Below are positions 9,996 through 19,177 of a stretch of 64,000 nucleotides of DNA, piece by piece. The first letter of the stretch is position 1. Every line of letters starts with the position of its first letter. Source of the stretch: a bacterium (GTDB taxonomy: Bacteria > DRYD01). Below the pieces are notes generated by a model. That model had not been told where the DNA came from, ran no database searches, and saw only the letters and a program-made list of their open reading frames with translations. Made by a program: the position numbers and the translations under genes. The stretch is from positions 15,341-79,340 of the forward strand of contig JBCNVB010000026.1 in the NCBI GenBank assembly GCA_039630415.1, written 5' to 3'.

Positions 9996-11981
9996 TTATC
10001 CAAAGATCATGATTGCGAATGCTTTAGTCCAGTAATTGAGTGCCTTTGCGAAGTCTTTATTTTGGAAGTATACTACTGCTATATTGAAGTATGAGGGCCA
10101 AAAATAGGGGTTAAGTTCTATAACTCTTTCCCATTCCATTAGGGCCAGTTTGTATTTTCCTTGTACGTAGTATGCTTCTCCTAGATTATGATGTGCTTGC
10201 CAGTGTTTCCTGTTTAAGGTTGTTACCTTTTGCCAACTTTTTATTGCTGTTTCTACGTCCCCCAACTCGAAATAGCTAACGTTTCCGATGTTCCAGTGAG
10301 CTTGCCAAAAATCAGGGTTATATAAAACTGTCCTTTTCCAATTCTCTAAAGCTTGCTCTATATTGCCTTGAATATAGTATACATTTGCCATGTTAAAGTA
10401 GGCTTTCCAGAAAGAAGGTTTTAAACTTACACATTTGTTCCAATATTCTAGTGCTGTATAAAAATCAGAATTGTTGAAATATATATTCCCCACATAGAAA
10501 TATGCTTCAGCAAAGTTGGGATTTATTTGTATACACTTATCTAGGTATTCAATTGCTTTTTCTATATCGTTTATCTCTAAGTAGTACATACCTAAACTGT
10601 AGTAAGCCATTACGAAATTTGGGTCTAGTTCTATTACTTTTTGCCAGTAATGGATAGCTTCATCTACTCTATCTTGGGAGAAATAGGCATTAGCGAGGTT
10701 GTACATAGCTTCGATTAGGTTAGGATTTATAACTAATGCTTTTTGCCAGTTTTCTATTGCTTCTTCGGTAAATCCTCTTTTGTACAGAGCATTAGCTAAG
10801 TTATGGTATCCCGCTGCGAATTTGGGATTTAACATTACTACTTTTCTATAGTGAATTATTGATTTATCTATTTCTCCTACTCTGTATAGTGCTGATGCTA
10901 GGTTGTAGTGAGCTACGAAGTTAGCTGGGCTTAATTCTACTGCTTTCGTATACTCTTTGAGAGCTTCATCTATTTTGTGTAACCCATCGTATGCTGTTCC
11001 TAAGTTGTTATGTATAAGTGGGTTGTATGGATCATATTCAGTTGCTTTCTGCCATTCGAGAATAGCTAACTCTAGATTACCTTGTTTAAAGTAGTTTGTT
11101 CCCAAAGTGTTGTGCATTACTGCTTTACTTGGTGAAGTGGTGTATTTTTTTGACTCTTTTTTTATTGAGTAGAGATTGTCAATAATTTCTCTAAAACTTT
11201 CGGGTCTATTTTCTGGTTCTTTGGATAGGCATTTATCGATTATGGAGGATAGCAGTGGATTTATTGAAGGGATAATTTTTATAAGGCTTTTGTGTTGTTC
11301 TTTAACAATAGCTTCTAGGGTTTGGGTAACACTTTCTTTTTGGAAGGGATTTTGTCCGGTTAGAAAGTGGTAAAAGACAAGTGCCCAAGAGAAGATATCA
11401 GCTTTTTTTGATACATTGTCAGGGGATTTTATCTGTTCAGGAGCCCAAAATATTGATTTATCTGAAAATTGCTTACTTTGAAATAAAAAACTACTATCCA
11501 AATATCCAAATGCTATGTTTAAAATTTTTATATTTTCTGTGTTATCTCCAAGTAGTACTATATTTTTGGGTTTAAGGTCTTTATGAACTATGTTGTATTC
11601 GTGGATGTACTGTAGTATTTCTGCTATTTTTGTGAATAGGTCAATAAGTTTGTTTATATCTGCTTCAGAAGGGTTAAGGTTGGGTTTAAATATATCTTCG
11701 GCTTTAATTCCTTCAGCTTTTTCCAATGATACAAAATATATTCCTTCTTGCTCTTGAATTTCGAATATTTGGGCTACATTTTTATGCTTTATTTTGGTTG
11801 ATAGTTGTATTTCTTTAAATAGTGTATCTCTTTTTTGGTCATTTTCTAGTAAGAATGGACTTAGTATTCTTAGGTATACTTCTCTGTCTATGATAGGGTC
11901 AAATGCTAAATATATTTGTCCTAATGGTGTAGAATCTATTTCTTCTTTTAGTTGGTATCTTCCTATTGTGGAAAAAGCCAT
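9996..11981 (-). CDS. Hanks-type kinase-like domain (probable pseudokinase) fused to 11 TPR repeats
   Basis: HKDLKPKNI, WAPEQ, KADIFS, FLTGQNPF, KCLSKEPENRP, then 11 countable TPR units of about 34 aa. Confidence 0.85.
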   Translation of the reverse strand: MAFSTIGRYQLKEEIDSTPLGQIYLAFDPIIDREVYLRILSPFLLENDQKRDTLFKEIQLSTKIKHKNVAQIFEIQEQEGIYFVSLEKAEGIKAEDIFKPNLNPSEADINKLIDLFTKIAEILQYIHEYNIVHKDLKPKNIVLLGDNTENIKILNIAFGYLDSSFLFQSKQFSDKSIFWAPEQIKSPDNVSKKADIFSWALVFYHFLTGQNPFQKESVTQTLEAIVKEQHKSLIKIIPSINPLLSSIIDKCLSKEPENRPESFREIIDNLYSIKKESKKYTTSPSKAVMHNTLGTNYFKQGNLELAILEWQKATEYDPYNPLIHNNLGTAYDGLHKIDEALKEYTKAVELSPANFVAHYNLASALYRVGEIDKSIIHYRKVVMLNPKFAAGYHNLANALYKRGFTEEAIENWQKALVINPNLIEAMYNLANAYFSQDRVDEAIHYWQKVIELDPNFVMAYYSLGMYYLEINDIEKAIEYLDKCIQINPNFAEAYFYVGNIYFNNSDFYTALEYWNKCVSLKPSFWKAYFNMANVYYIQGNIEQALENWKRTVLYNPDFWQAHWNIGNVSYFELGDVETAIKSWQKVTTLNRKHWQAHHNLGEAYYVQGKYKLALMEWERVIELNPYFWPSYFNIAVVYFQNKDFAKALNYWTKAFAIMIFG

Positions 11982-11985
11982 GGTT

Positions 11986-12861
11986 TTATGTAGGTATTAC
12001 TTGTAGTTCATTTACTACTTTTCGTATTTTTTCCATTTCATAATCATTTGCTTTTCTTAGTGGTGGGCGTAGGTTATTTACATCAAAACCTATTAATGAT
12101 AAGGCATACTTTACAGGTATTGGATTTGTAGTTATAAATAATACTCTGAATAATTCATGTAGTTTGTAGTGGATTTGTTTGCTTTGAGTTGGATTAGTTG
12201 GGAAAGTGGTTATCATTTGTTTAATCATATCGCCTACTAGGTGTGAAGCTACAGATACTACTCCCTTGGCTCCCAAAGCTAAAGCTGGTAAAGTCATTAT
12301 ATCATCACCAGAGTATATAGTAAAGTTTGGATTCATAGATAAAATATCTGAAATTTTGGTTATATCCGGATGGGATTGCTTTAGACCAATTATGTTTTTT
12401 ATCTTTGAAATTTCAACTATTGTTTTTGGTTCTAAGTCTATTCCTGTTCTTGAGGGAATGTTGTATATGATTATGGGTTTGTTAGTTTGACTGGCTAAAA
12501 ATGAGAAGTAGTTAATCAAAGCATCTTGAGGGGGTTTATTGTAATACGGAGTTGTTATTAAATATCCATCTAAATCTATTTTTTCTAGTTGTTCTAACTG
12601 TTCTAGTGCTTGGGAAGTATTATTGGATGATATGTTTGCTATTACTGGCATTTTGGTTGTAGTTTTAACAAACTTAGCTATTTCTATTTTTTCTGATAGT
12701 GTTAGAGTTGGTGATTCTCCTGTAGTACCAAATACTAGTAAGCTATCACTATTTTTTTCGAGATGTATTAATAATTTTTCTAATTCTTTGAAGTTGATTT
12801 TTAAGTTACTGTCAAATGGGGTTATACAAGCGGTTATTACGTTTCCAAATTTGTTTTCCAT
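11986..12861 (-). CDS. dapA: 4-hydroxy-tetrahydrodipicolinate synthase
   Basis: ITPF, GTTGESPTL, TPYYNKP, IYNIPSRTG, GLKQ, YSGDD, TNPIPVK. Confidence 0.95.
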   Translation of the reverse strand: MENKFGNVITACITPFDSNLKINFKELEKLLIHLEKNSDSLLVFGTTGESPTLTLSEKIEIAKFVKTTTKMPVIANISSNNTSQALEQLEQLEKIDLDGYLITTPYYNKPPQDALINYFSFLASQTNKPIIIYNIPSRTGIDLEPKTIVEISKIKNIIGLKQSHPDITKISDILSMNPNFTIYSGDDIMTLPALALGAKGVVSVASHLVGDMIKQMITTFPTNPTQSKQIHYKLHELFRVLFITTNPIPVKYALSLIGFDVNNLRPPLRKANDYEMEKIRKVVNELQVIPT

Positions 12862-12875
12862 TTTGCCCTCCTGGA

Positions 12876-13976
12876 TTATCCTAGAATATAGTTAAGTATG
12901 TTTGTTGCAAACCCACCTCTTGTTAAAAAGAATTCTATAGTTAATTTGTAATAACCTTCAAATATTTCATCTTTTTCAAAATTGTAATGTTTTATGTCTG
13001 GTAGTATAAATAGATTTCTTTTTTGGTAATCTTGTATTTGGTGTTGAATGTTTATTTCTTCTTCTGGATAGATTAATTCGAGTGTAGGATTGAAGTTGGT
13101 TAAAAAGTTTTGGATAACTTCCTGTGGGATAGTAATTTCATATTGTTTTACGATGTAATTATCGGTAGTGTTTTTTATAAGTTTAGATAGTTCAGTGTTG
13201 AATTTGTATGAAAAGTAGGCTTGTTTAAAGAGAGAGGAGAATTTGTGGGGGAATTCTTTCCAAGCTTTTTTGTAGTTCCTTTTTTTAGATAGTATTTTTA
13301 GGAATATTTTTTCGAGATCCATGTATTGGGGTAATTTCAATTCTAGAGCTTGATCTATATTGAAGTTTTGACCTTCAAAGAGATCTCTTAATTTTTGCCT
13401 AGCTTTTTTTACCTTTCGATTTTCATTCTTACTTGATGAGCAGAGTAGTAAGTAGGTGGCTTCAAAGTATTTATTGTTGAGCAGATAGTAACCTATTACA
13501 TGATTTATGTATCTTTTCCCGAATCGTTGAATATCATAGTAGTTAGGGATTTTTATTTGTCTGCTTATTATTTTTTGTATTCTTTGATTTACGATATCTA
13601 GTTCTTTTATTTTTCTAGCTGTTATTTTAAAGTAATTTCCTATCATTATTTCTGGTGATATGTTATGGGTATCGAAAAGGTATAGTAATTCAAATCCGTT
13701 TGAAGAGATTTCGGAGGGTATGATGTTGAGTTTTGGAGTATAGATTATTTGTTTAGTTTGAGCGTATTTATCTTTTTCGCCGAAAAAATTTATTTTTGCT
13801 ATTGGTATTTTGAGAATTTTAGATATTCTCATTAAGCAATTAAACATTGATGTATTTTGTTTTGATAGTAGGAATAAGGAGAAGTTAGATCCTTTGTTAA
13901 ATTGAGGTATAATTTTTTCGATAACGATGAAGTCTTGGTAGTGGTACTTTATTATCCCCTTTGGGTGGGATATCAT
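12876..13976 (-). CDS. truD: tRNA pseudouridine(13) synthase
   Basis: DFIVIE, GEKDKYAQTKQ (catalytic Asp), GNYFKI, PNYYDIQRFG, FFLTRGGFAT. Confidence 0.85.
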   Translation of the reverse strand: MISHPKGIIKYHYQDFIVIEKIIPQFNKGSNFSLFLLSKQNTSMFNCLMRISKILKIPIAKINFFGEKDKYAQTKQIIYTPKLNIIPSEISSNGFELLYLFDTHNISPEIMIGNYFKITARKIKELDIVNQRIQKIISRQIKIPNYYDIQRFGKRYINHVIGYYLLNNKYFEATYLLLCSSSKNENRKVKKARQKLRDLFEGQNFNIDQALELKLPQYMDLEKIFLKILSKKRNYKKAWKEFPHKFSSLFKQAYFSYKFNTELSKLIKNTTDNYIVKQYEITIPQEVIQNFLTNFNPTLELIYPEEEINIQHQIQDYQKRNLFILPDIKHYNFEKDEIFEGYYKLTIEFFLTRGGFATNILNYILG

Positions 13977-13979
13977 AGT

Positions 13980-14399
13980 TTAGTAGGAGAATAGTTCATG
14001 ATCTTGGAAAAAGATTTTGATTTCTCTTTCAGCATCTTGAGGAGATTCACTTGCGTGGACTAGATTATTTTGGATGGAAGTTCCAAAGTCGAATCTAATA
14101 GTTCCTACATCGGCTTTTCTACAATCTGTAGCTCCAACCATTTTTCTTACTTGTTCTACTACATCTGGCCCTTCCAGAGCCATTACTACTACGGGGCATG
14201 AGGTTATAAATTCTACTAGAGATTCGAAGAATGGTTTAGAAATATGTGCCTCATAATGTTTTTCTGCCAATTTTCTATCTATCCATACCATCTTCATTCC
14301 AACTATCTTATACCCTTTATCCTCAAACCTTTGAATTATTCTACCTATTAGTTTCCTTTGTACAGTATCCGGTTTAAGAATTATTAGAGTTCTTTCCAT
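13980..14399 (-). CDS. ndk: Nucleoside-diphosphate kinase
   Basis: MERTLIILKPD, KPFF, GTIRFDFG, NLVHASES. Confidence 0.97.
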   Translation of the reverse strand: MERTLIILKPDTVQRKLIGRIIQRFEDKGYKIVGMKMVWIDRKLAEKHYEAHISKPFFESLVEFITSCPVVVMALEGPDVVEQVRKMVGATDCRKADVGTIRFDFGTSIQNNLVHASESPQDAEREIKIFFQDHELFSY

Positions 14400-15228
14400 G
14401 TTTTCTTACCTCCTTGTATGTAACGATTATTCTGTAAACCAACATTAGTTTTATTAAAAGAAGACAGATGAATGGGAAATATAGGTATAGGGATTCTTTG
14501 TTGAGGAGTATAAGTATTCCAAGTATGAATAGTTGAGTGGTTAAACCCATATTTACTGTCAGATTTAGGTAGTTTTTATTCCAGAAGACATGTGTATATT
14601 TGTTTGTCTTATCTATTTTTTTAAAGATATTTTCTTCTAGCCAGTATATTGACTTGTCTTGATACCCTAGCAGAAATTCATATAGTTTTGATAAAAGTTT
14701 GCATAAGTTGTTGTGTTCATTGTTATTGAACTGTAAGGTATCACTTTTTTTGTTTTTTTCTTTATACAGTCTTTCTAGGTTATAGTCATATGAGAGTACT
14801 ATGGTTAGTGTATAGAAGCTAATTAGGCTAAGAGGAAGTAGGTTATGTTTAATCCCAATTACGGTGAAAAGGAATAGGTTTCCCAGGTAATCCATAAGCG
14901 TGTCTAGGTATCTACCTAGGGTGGATTGTTGATTTTTGTATCTTGCTAATTGCCCATCTAGGTTGTCGAGTATAGTTTTTAGTTGTAATTTTAAAAAAGC
15001 TATCAGATCTAAAATGAGACTTTGTGAGTAAAAAATTAGAACTGATGCGGATAAAACAAGAAATGTATGAGTTATAACTATTGTTTCTGGTTTTATTTTT
15101 GTATCTTTTATAGCTATTAGTAAAATATGGGCAAGTGGTCTAAAGATCTGAATATTTAGTATTTCTTCTACGGGTCTAGGTTTTACTGAATTTTTGAATA
15201 TTGGATCATTCTTAAAAATCCATAGCAT
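14374..15228 (-). CDS. CDP-alcohol phosphatidyltransferase family membrane protein
   Basis: DNLDGQLAR...GRYLD..MD signature and several hydrophobic segments. Confidence 0.85.
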   Translation of the reverse strand: MLWIFKNDPIFKNSVKPRPVEEILNIQIFRPLAHILLIAIKDTKIKPETIVITHTFLVLSASVLIFYSQSLILDLIAFLKLQLKTILDNLDGQLARYKNQQSTLGRYLDTLMDYLGNLFLFTVIGIKHNLLPLSLISFYTLTIVLSYDYNLERLYKEKNKKSDTLQFNNNEHNNLCKLLSKLYEFLLGYQDKSIYWLEENIFKKIDKTNKYTHVFWNKNYLNLTVNMGLTTQLFILGILILLNKESLYLYFPFICLLLIKLMLVYRIIVTYKEVRKHGKNSNNS

Positions 15229-15229
15229 G

Positions 15230-15721
15230 CTAAATTAGTCCTTTTATAAGAGCTAAACATATAGCGCTAAGTGTTTTTGAATCTTCGATCTGATTTGTCG
15301 TTAATAAGTCTATTAGTTCTTCTTTAGTAAGTAATTTTATTTCAGTTATTTCTTGGTTATCCATAGGTTTTAGGTCTGTAGGTGTTATGTCGAGATGGGT
15401 ATAGTAAAGGTAGATAACTTCGTTGCAAAAGCCTGGTGTAGTGTATATTTTCCCGAGGAAGATAAGATCTTGTTGATTTACTTCTAATCCTACTTCTTCC
15501 TTTACTTCTCTGACGATACTATGGATAGGGTTTAAGTCGTTTTTATCTATTTTTCCGGCTGGTATTTCGAGAGTGAATTTATTTAGGGCTTTTCTGTATT
15601 GTTTAACAAGGATGAATTTATCTTTGATTTTGATAAGGCAGGCAGCTGCTCCGGGATGTTCTACCAATTCGTACCCCCCCTCCAAACGCAACTTTATCAC
15701 CTTACCTTCGAAATAGTACAA
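15230..15721 (-). CDS. NUDIX hydrolase (ADP-ribose pyrophosphatase-like)
   Basis: VKQYR, LEIPAGKID...REVKEEVG Nudix box, TPGFCNE; TTG start after AGGAGG. Confidence 0.88.
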   Translation of the reverse strand: MYYFEGKVIKLRLEGGYELVEHPGAAACLIKIKDKFILVKQYRKALNKFTLEIPAGKIDKNDLNPIHSIVREVKEEVGLEVNQQDLIFLGKIYTTPGFCNEVIYLYYTHLDITPTDLKPMDNQEITEIKLLTKEELIDLLTTNQIEDSKTLSAICLALIKGLI

Positions 15722-15860
15722 CTTTATTACACCTCCTATGTATTGTTATTCTATAACCAACCGATAAATACTTCGTAAATTAACATATTTTTAACCCCAT
15801 AAGCTAAGGTTTACTCATCTTGAGTGCAAAATTATAATTAGGAAAAGCCTGTATTTATGA

Positions 15861-17690
15861 TTGAAAAAAAGTGAGGTTAATTGGACTATGAATAAGATAA
15901 ATAGTGAATTAATATTTAACTTGTATATAAAATCAATAAACAAAAACTACAATATTCCAATTGAACAAGCTCTGCAAATAAAAGATACCGTAAATGTTGT
16001 AAATACAATTGATCCATTTGATACGTCTCAGTATCAGATACTTACGAGTTTATTAGGATCAAGGTTGGTTCCTGATTTTGAATATTTATTTGTAACAGGT
16101 TTGTATTTTTCGCTAATGTCTACGATAGGTGGTGTAGCATATATACCTAAAGATTATATTCAACAGATAGCAAGTTTAATGTCATCAACTAAGGATCCGT
16201 TAAAAAAATTTCTTTTTGATGAAAAGAATAAATTCTTCATAGAGAAGCCTTTAAGTGTATTTTCTACAACTACTCCTAGTAAGGTGTTTGAATTTTTAGG
16301 TAATAATTTTGTAGGTCAAGCACCATTCGTTGTTAAACCAGATCAACTACCAGATAGTGAAAAATTACTTGAATTATTAACTCGATCTCAACAAATAAAT
16401 TTAGCTTTAAGTAAAACTCCTTTCCTAACTGAAATCTTAAAAAAAGAGATAATTAGTTTTCTTAACGAATTTTCTGGTTACTTCAGTAAGTCAGGTTATC
16501 TAAAGAGATTGATAGAAATCACGGAAAATAACTATATGACTAGAAATAATATAAACATTTGGAAAAAGCTGATAGAAAGCGCAATAAGTGTACTATCTTT
16601 TGTTAGTGAATTTACTAAACCTATTCAAATTAAGTCAGAAAAGGAATTAAAGGATTATTTTGGTTATTTAAATCTTCTGAATTGGGTTCAAAAGAATCCA
16701 CATCAATTCTATCAAATTCAGCAGAATATAAAAGACGAACGATTTGCAAAACTTATTAGCAATTTCGTATCTAATGGTTACAACTTGTATTCCAATCGTG
16801 AAGAGCTAATAAAAACTGCTTGTAATAGTCTTTACTCTATAATAGTTGGCATAGTAGCTAGTCACTTTAAGAAAGCTATAAAGTCTGGGGATTTGAAAAA
16901 TGGTGATGGATTTTATTTTCTACAACTTTACACTCTTTCCTCAGCTTTGATAGATATGATAAACAATGGAAAAACCAATACCACACAGTTTTATAACATA
17001 AAATATAATCTAAAAAGTATGATGATTTCTAAAAGTTATCTTTTCCCGCTTGTACAGATATTGGATAGTAATGATAACTCGGTAGTAATTTCTGCTTTAG
17101 AGGTAATAAGGAGAATAGGTCAGAAAGTAGCTCCGTGGGTGATACAAAAAAGTCCAAATATGCCAAAAGATAAATCGTTCTGGCTCAGATTGAATCTATG
17201 GACTAAAATCTACCAATCTCTTGATAAAAATGATCCTAACTATCAACAATACAGAAACTACATGATTAAAAAATTAAGAAGTATTCTAAACTCTTACTCT
17301 GATGCTGTGAAGTTAAATTCATTCCTTAACAACTTTATCATCAATCAGGAAAGCTTTGATATAGTTGTAAAGAATTTAGACAGCATGCTAAATACAATAG
17401 GTGGATATCCAATCGCAAGTACATACGAAAATCCAGATTATCTCTTCTCACAAGTGGTAAGACTTAATTTCTTGACTAATCAAAATGCAAATCAAAGCAA
17501 TATAAAATACAAAAAGGATATGATACATAATGAATTCATAAATAAGATAATGCATAGGGAACCTATTTTAAGTAAATTAGTCACAGACTATAATGAATAT
17601 AATTTGAACTTGCGAAATAATCCTAATTTGAAAGATAATCTATACAAAGTTATACAAAACTACTATCAAGCAAGTATGCATTACCTGTAA
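15861..17690 (+). CDS. Hypothetical protein (Asn/Lys-rich, probably helical)
   Basis: 609-aa ORF with no recognisable motif; alternative start ATG 15888. Confidence 0.55.
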   Translation: MKKSEVNWTMNKINSELIFNLYIKSINKNYNIPIEQALQIKDTVNVVNTIDPFDTSQYQILTSLLGSRLVPDFEYLFVTGLYFSLMSTIGGVAYIPKDYIQQIASLMSSTKDPLKKFLFDEKNKFFIEKPLSVFSTTTPSKVFEFLGNNFVGQAPFVVKPDQLPDSEKLLELLTRSQQINLALSKTPFLTEILKKEIISFLNEFSGYFSKSGYLKRLIEITENNYMTRNNINIWKKLIESAISVLSFVSEFTKPIQIKSEKELKDYFGYLNLLNWVQKNPHQFYQIQQNIKDERFAKLISNFVSNGYNLYSNREELIKTACNSLYSIIVGIVASHFKKAIKSGDLKNGDGFYFLQLYTLSSALIDMINNGKTNTTQFYNIKYNLKSMMISKSYLFPLVQILDSNDNSVVISALEVIRRIGQKVAPWVIQKSPNMPKDKSFWLRLNLWTKIYQSLDKNDPNYQQYRNYMIKKLRSILNSYSDAVKLNSFLNNFIINQESFDIVVKNLDSMLNTIGGYPIASTYENPDYLFSQVVRLNFLTNQNANQSNIKYKKDMIHNEFINKIMHREPILSKLVTDYNEYNLNLRNNPNLKDNLYKVIQNYYQASMHYL

Positions 17691-17771
17691 AGGCTTTTTT
17701 GAAAAGGGATTATACATTTTCTGAAGAAAGTATTTGATAGAGAATGCTACAGTCAGAAAGGAGATTTTTAA

Positions 17772-19145
17772 ATGAAAAATGAAGTTTTTAGGTTTATCAA
17801 TTTTACAATAAAAATCCTTGTCTTTTACTTTATAGTTTCTTTTGCTCTAGTAATTTTGTTACTACCGATATACATTTTGTTGGATAAAGTCGGTATTATT
17901 TCAATGTTTAACTCAATTGTAGGTGTAAATGGTGGTATTTGGAAAAATTTTGGTACAATAGGTTATTTTATAGGCTTGTCGGTTGTTGCTTCGTTGATAA
18001 TTTTAACTGTTTTAATGTTGAGTGTAATAATAGATGTTTGGATAGAGCGGAAGTTATCAGCAAAGATACAGGGTCGTATGGGACCTACTTTGGTAAACTT
18101 GCCATTCTTACTAAAGCCAGGATACAAAAACATATGGCTTGGAGGAATAATACAACCAATAGCTGATGTGGTCAAGCTTCTTCAAAAGGAAATAATGATT
18201 CCACAAGGATCTTATCCATTTCTATATGTTTTATCACCAATACTAGCTTTTTGTACTGTAGTAATAGCTTTTGGGATGTTCCCGTTTTCAAATAATTACA
18301 TAATACTGGGTGGTTTAGATATTGGATTATTGTTTATTTTTGCTGTGTCAAGCTATATGGTTTTGTCCTTAGTAATAGCTGCTTGGGCTTCTAATAACAA
18401 ATACTCACTCTTAGGAGGACTTAGAACTGTAGCACAAATGTTAAGTTATGAAATACCTCTACTGTTATCTTTCTTATCTGTTATGATTTTTACGGGAAGC
18501 TTTAAAATAGTGGATATAGTTAATTTTCAGAATCAATATTTTTGGTTAATTTTGTATCAACCACTGATGTTTATAATATTCCTTTGGTCGATGGTAGCTG
18601 AGAATAATAGAGCTCCATTTGATTTACCCGAAGCTGAGTCGGAGCTTGTAGCAGGATTCGTCACTGAATACAGTAGTATGGTGTTTGCTCTATTTTATTT
18701 AGCAGAGTATGGATATCTATTTTTTAATAGTGCAATAATAGCAACCATATTTTTAGGGGGATACTCTCTTATTCCACATTCAATTCTGAATCTTTTTGCA
18801 CCCATACTTACAAAGCTAGGTATATACCAATATATTTTGGCTGTTAATGATAACTTTATATGGATAATCTTAAAAACATTCTTAATCGTTGGGTTGATTA
18901 TGTTCTTTAGATGGACTTATCCGAGGATAAGAATAGATCACTTAATGGACCTAGCTTGGAAAGGATTTATACCAATAACCCTGTTTCATATAATTGTAGC
19001 ATCTGTTGATGTACTACTATTTAAATCCAATAGCTGGTTTATACCTGTACTTTGTTGGATAACATTTATCGTAGTTCTCTATTTAGCTTCAATTAAAAAT
19101 CTCAGATTGTCAAGTAAATATAAAAATATACCCAAGTATGCATAG
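17772..19145 (+). CDS. nuoH: NADH-quinone oxidoreductase subunit H, with terminal extensions
   Basis: WIERKLSAKIQGRMGP, GIIQPIADVVKLLQKE, WASNNKYSLLGGLR, AQMLSYE, ENNRAPFDLPEAESELVAGFVTEYS, RWTYPRIRIDHL. Confidence 0.95.
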   Translation: MKNEVFRFINFTIKILVFYFIVSFALVILLLPIYILLDKVGIISMFNSIVGVNGGIWKNFGTIGYFIGLSVVASLIILTVLMLSVIIDVWIERKLSAKIQGRMGPTLVNLPFLLKPGYKNIWLGGIIQPIADVVKLLQKEIMIPQGSYPFLYVLSPILAFCTVVIAFGMFPFSNNYIILGGLDIGLLFIFAVSSYMVLSLVIAAWASNNKYSLLGGLRTVAQMLSYEIPLLLSFLSVMIFTGSFKIVDIVNFQNQYFWLILYQPLMFIIFLWSMVAENNRAPFDLPEAESELVAGFVTEYSSMVFALFYLAEYGYLFFNSAIIATIFLGGYSLIPHSILNLFAPILTKLGIYQYILAVNDNFIWIILKTFLIVGLIMFFRWTYPRIRIDHLMDLAWKGFIPITLFHIIVASVDVLLFKSNSWFIPVLCWITFIVVLYLASIKNLRLSSKYKNIPKYA

Positions 19146-19177
19146 AATGTATGTTTATTGTGGGGGAAGGATGATAA

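Noticed and set aside
15759-15770. ACCGATAA, resembling a sigma-28 -10 box upstream of 15861
   Set aside because: No TAAA -35 element at the expected spacing.
15809-15830. CIRCE-like ACTC-ATCTT-GAGTGCAAA palindrome
   Set aside because: Spacer is 5 nt rather than 9, the left arm does not match TTAGCACTC, and no chaperone gene is adjacent.
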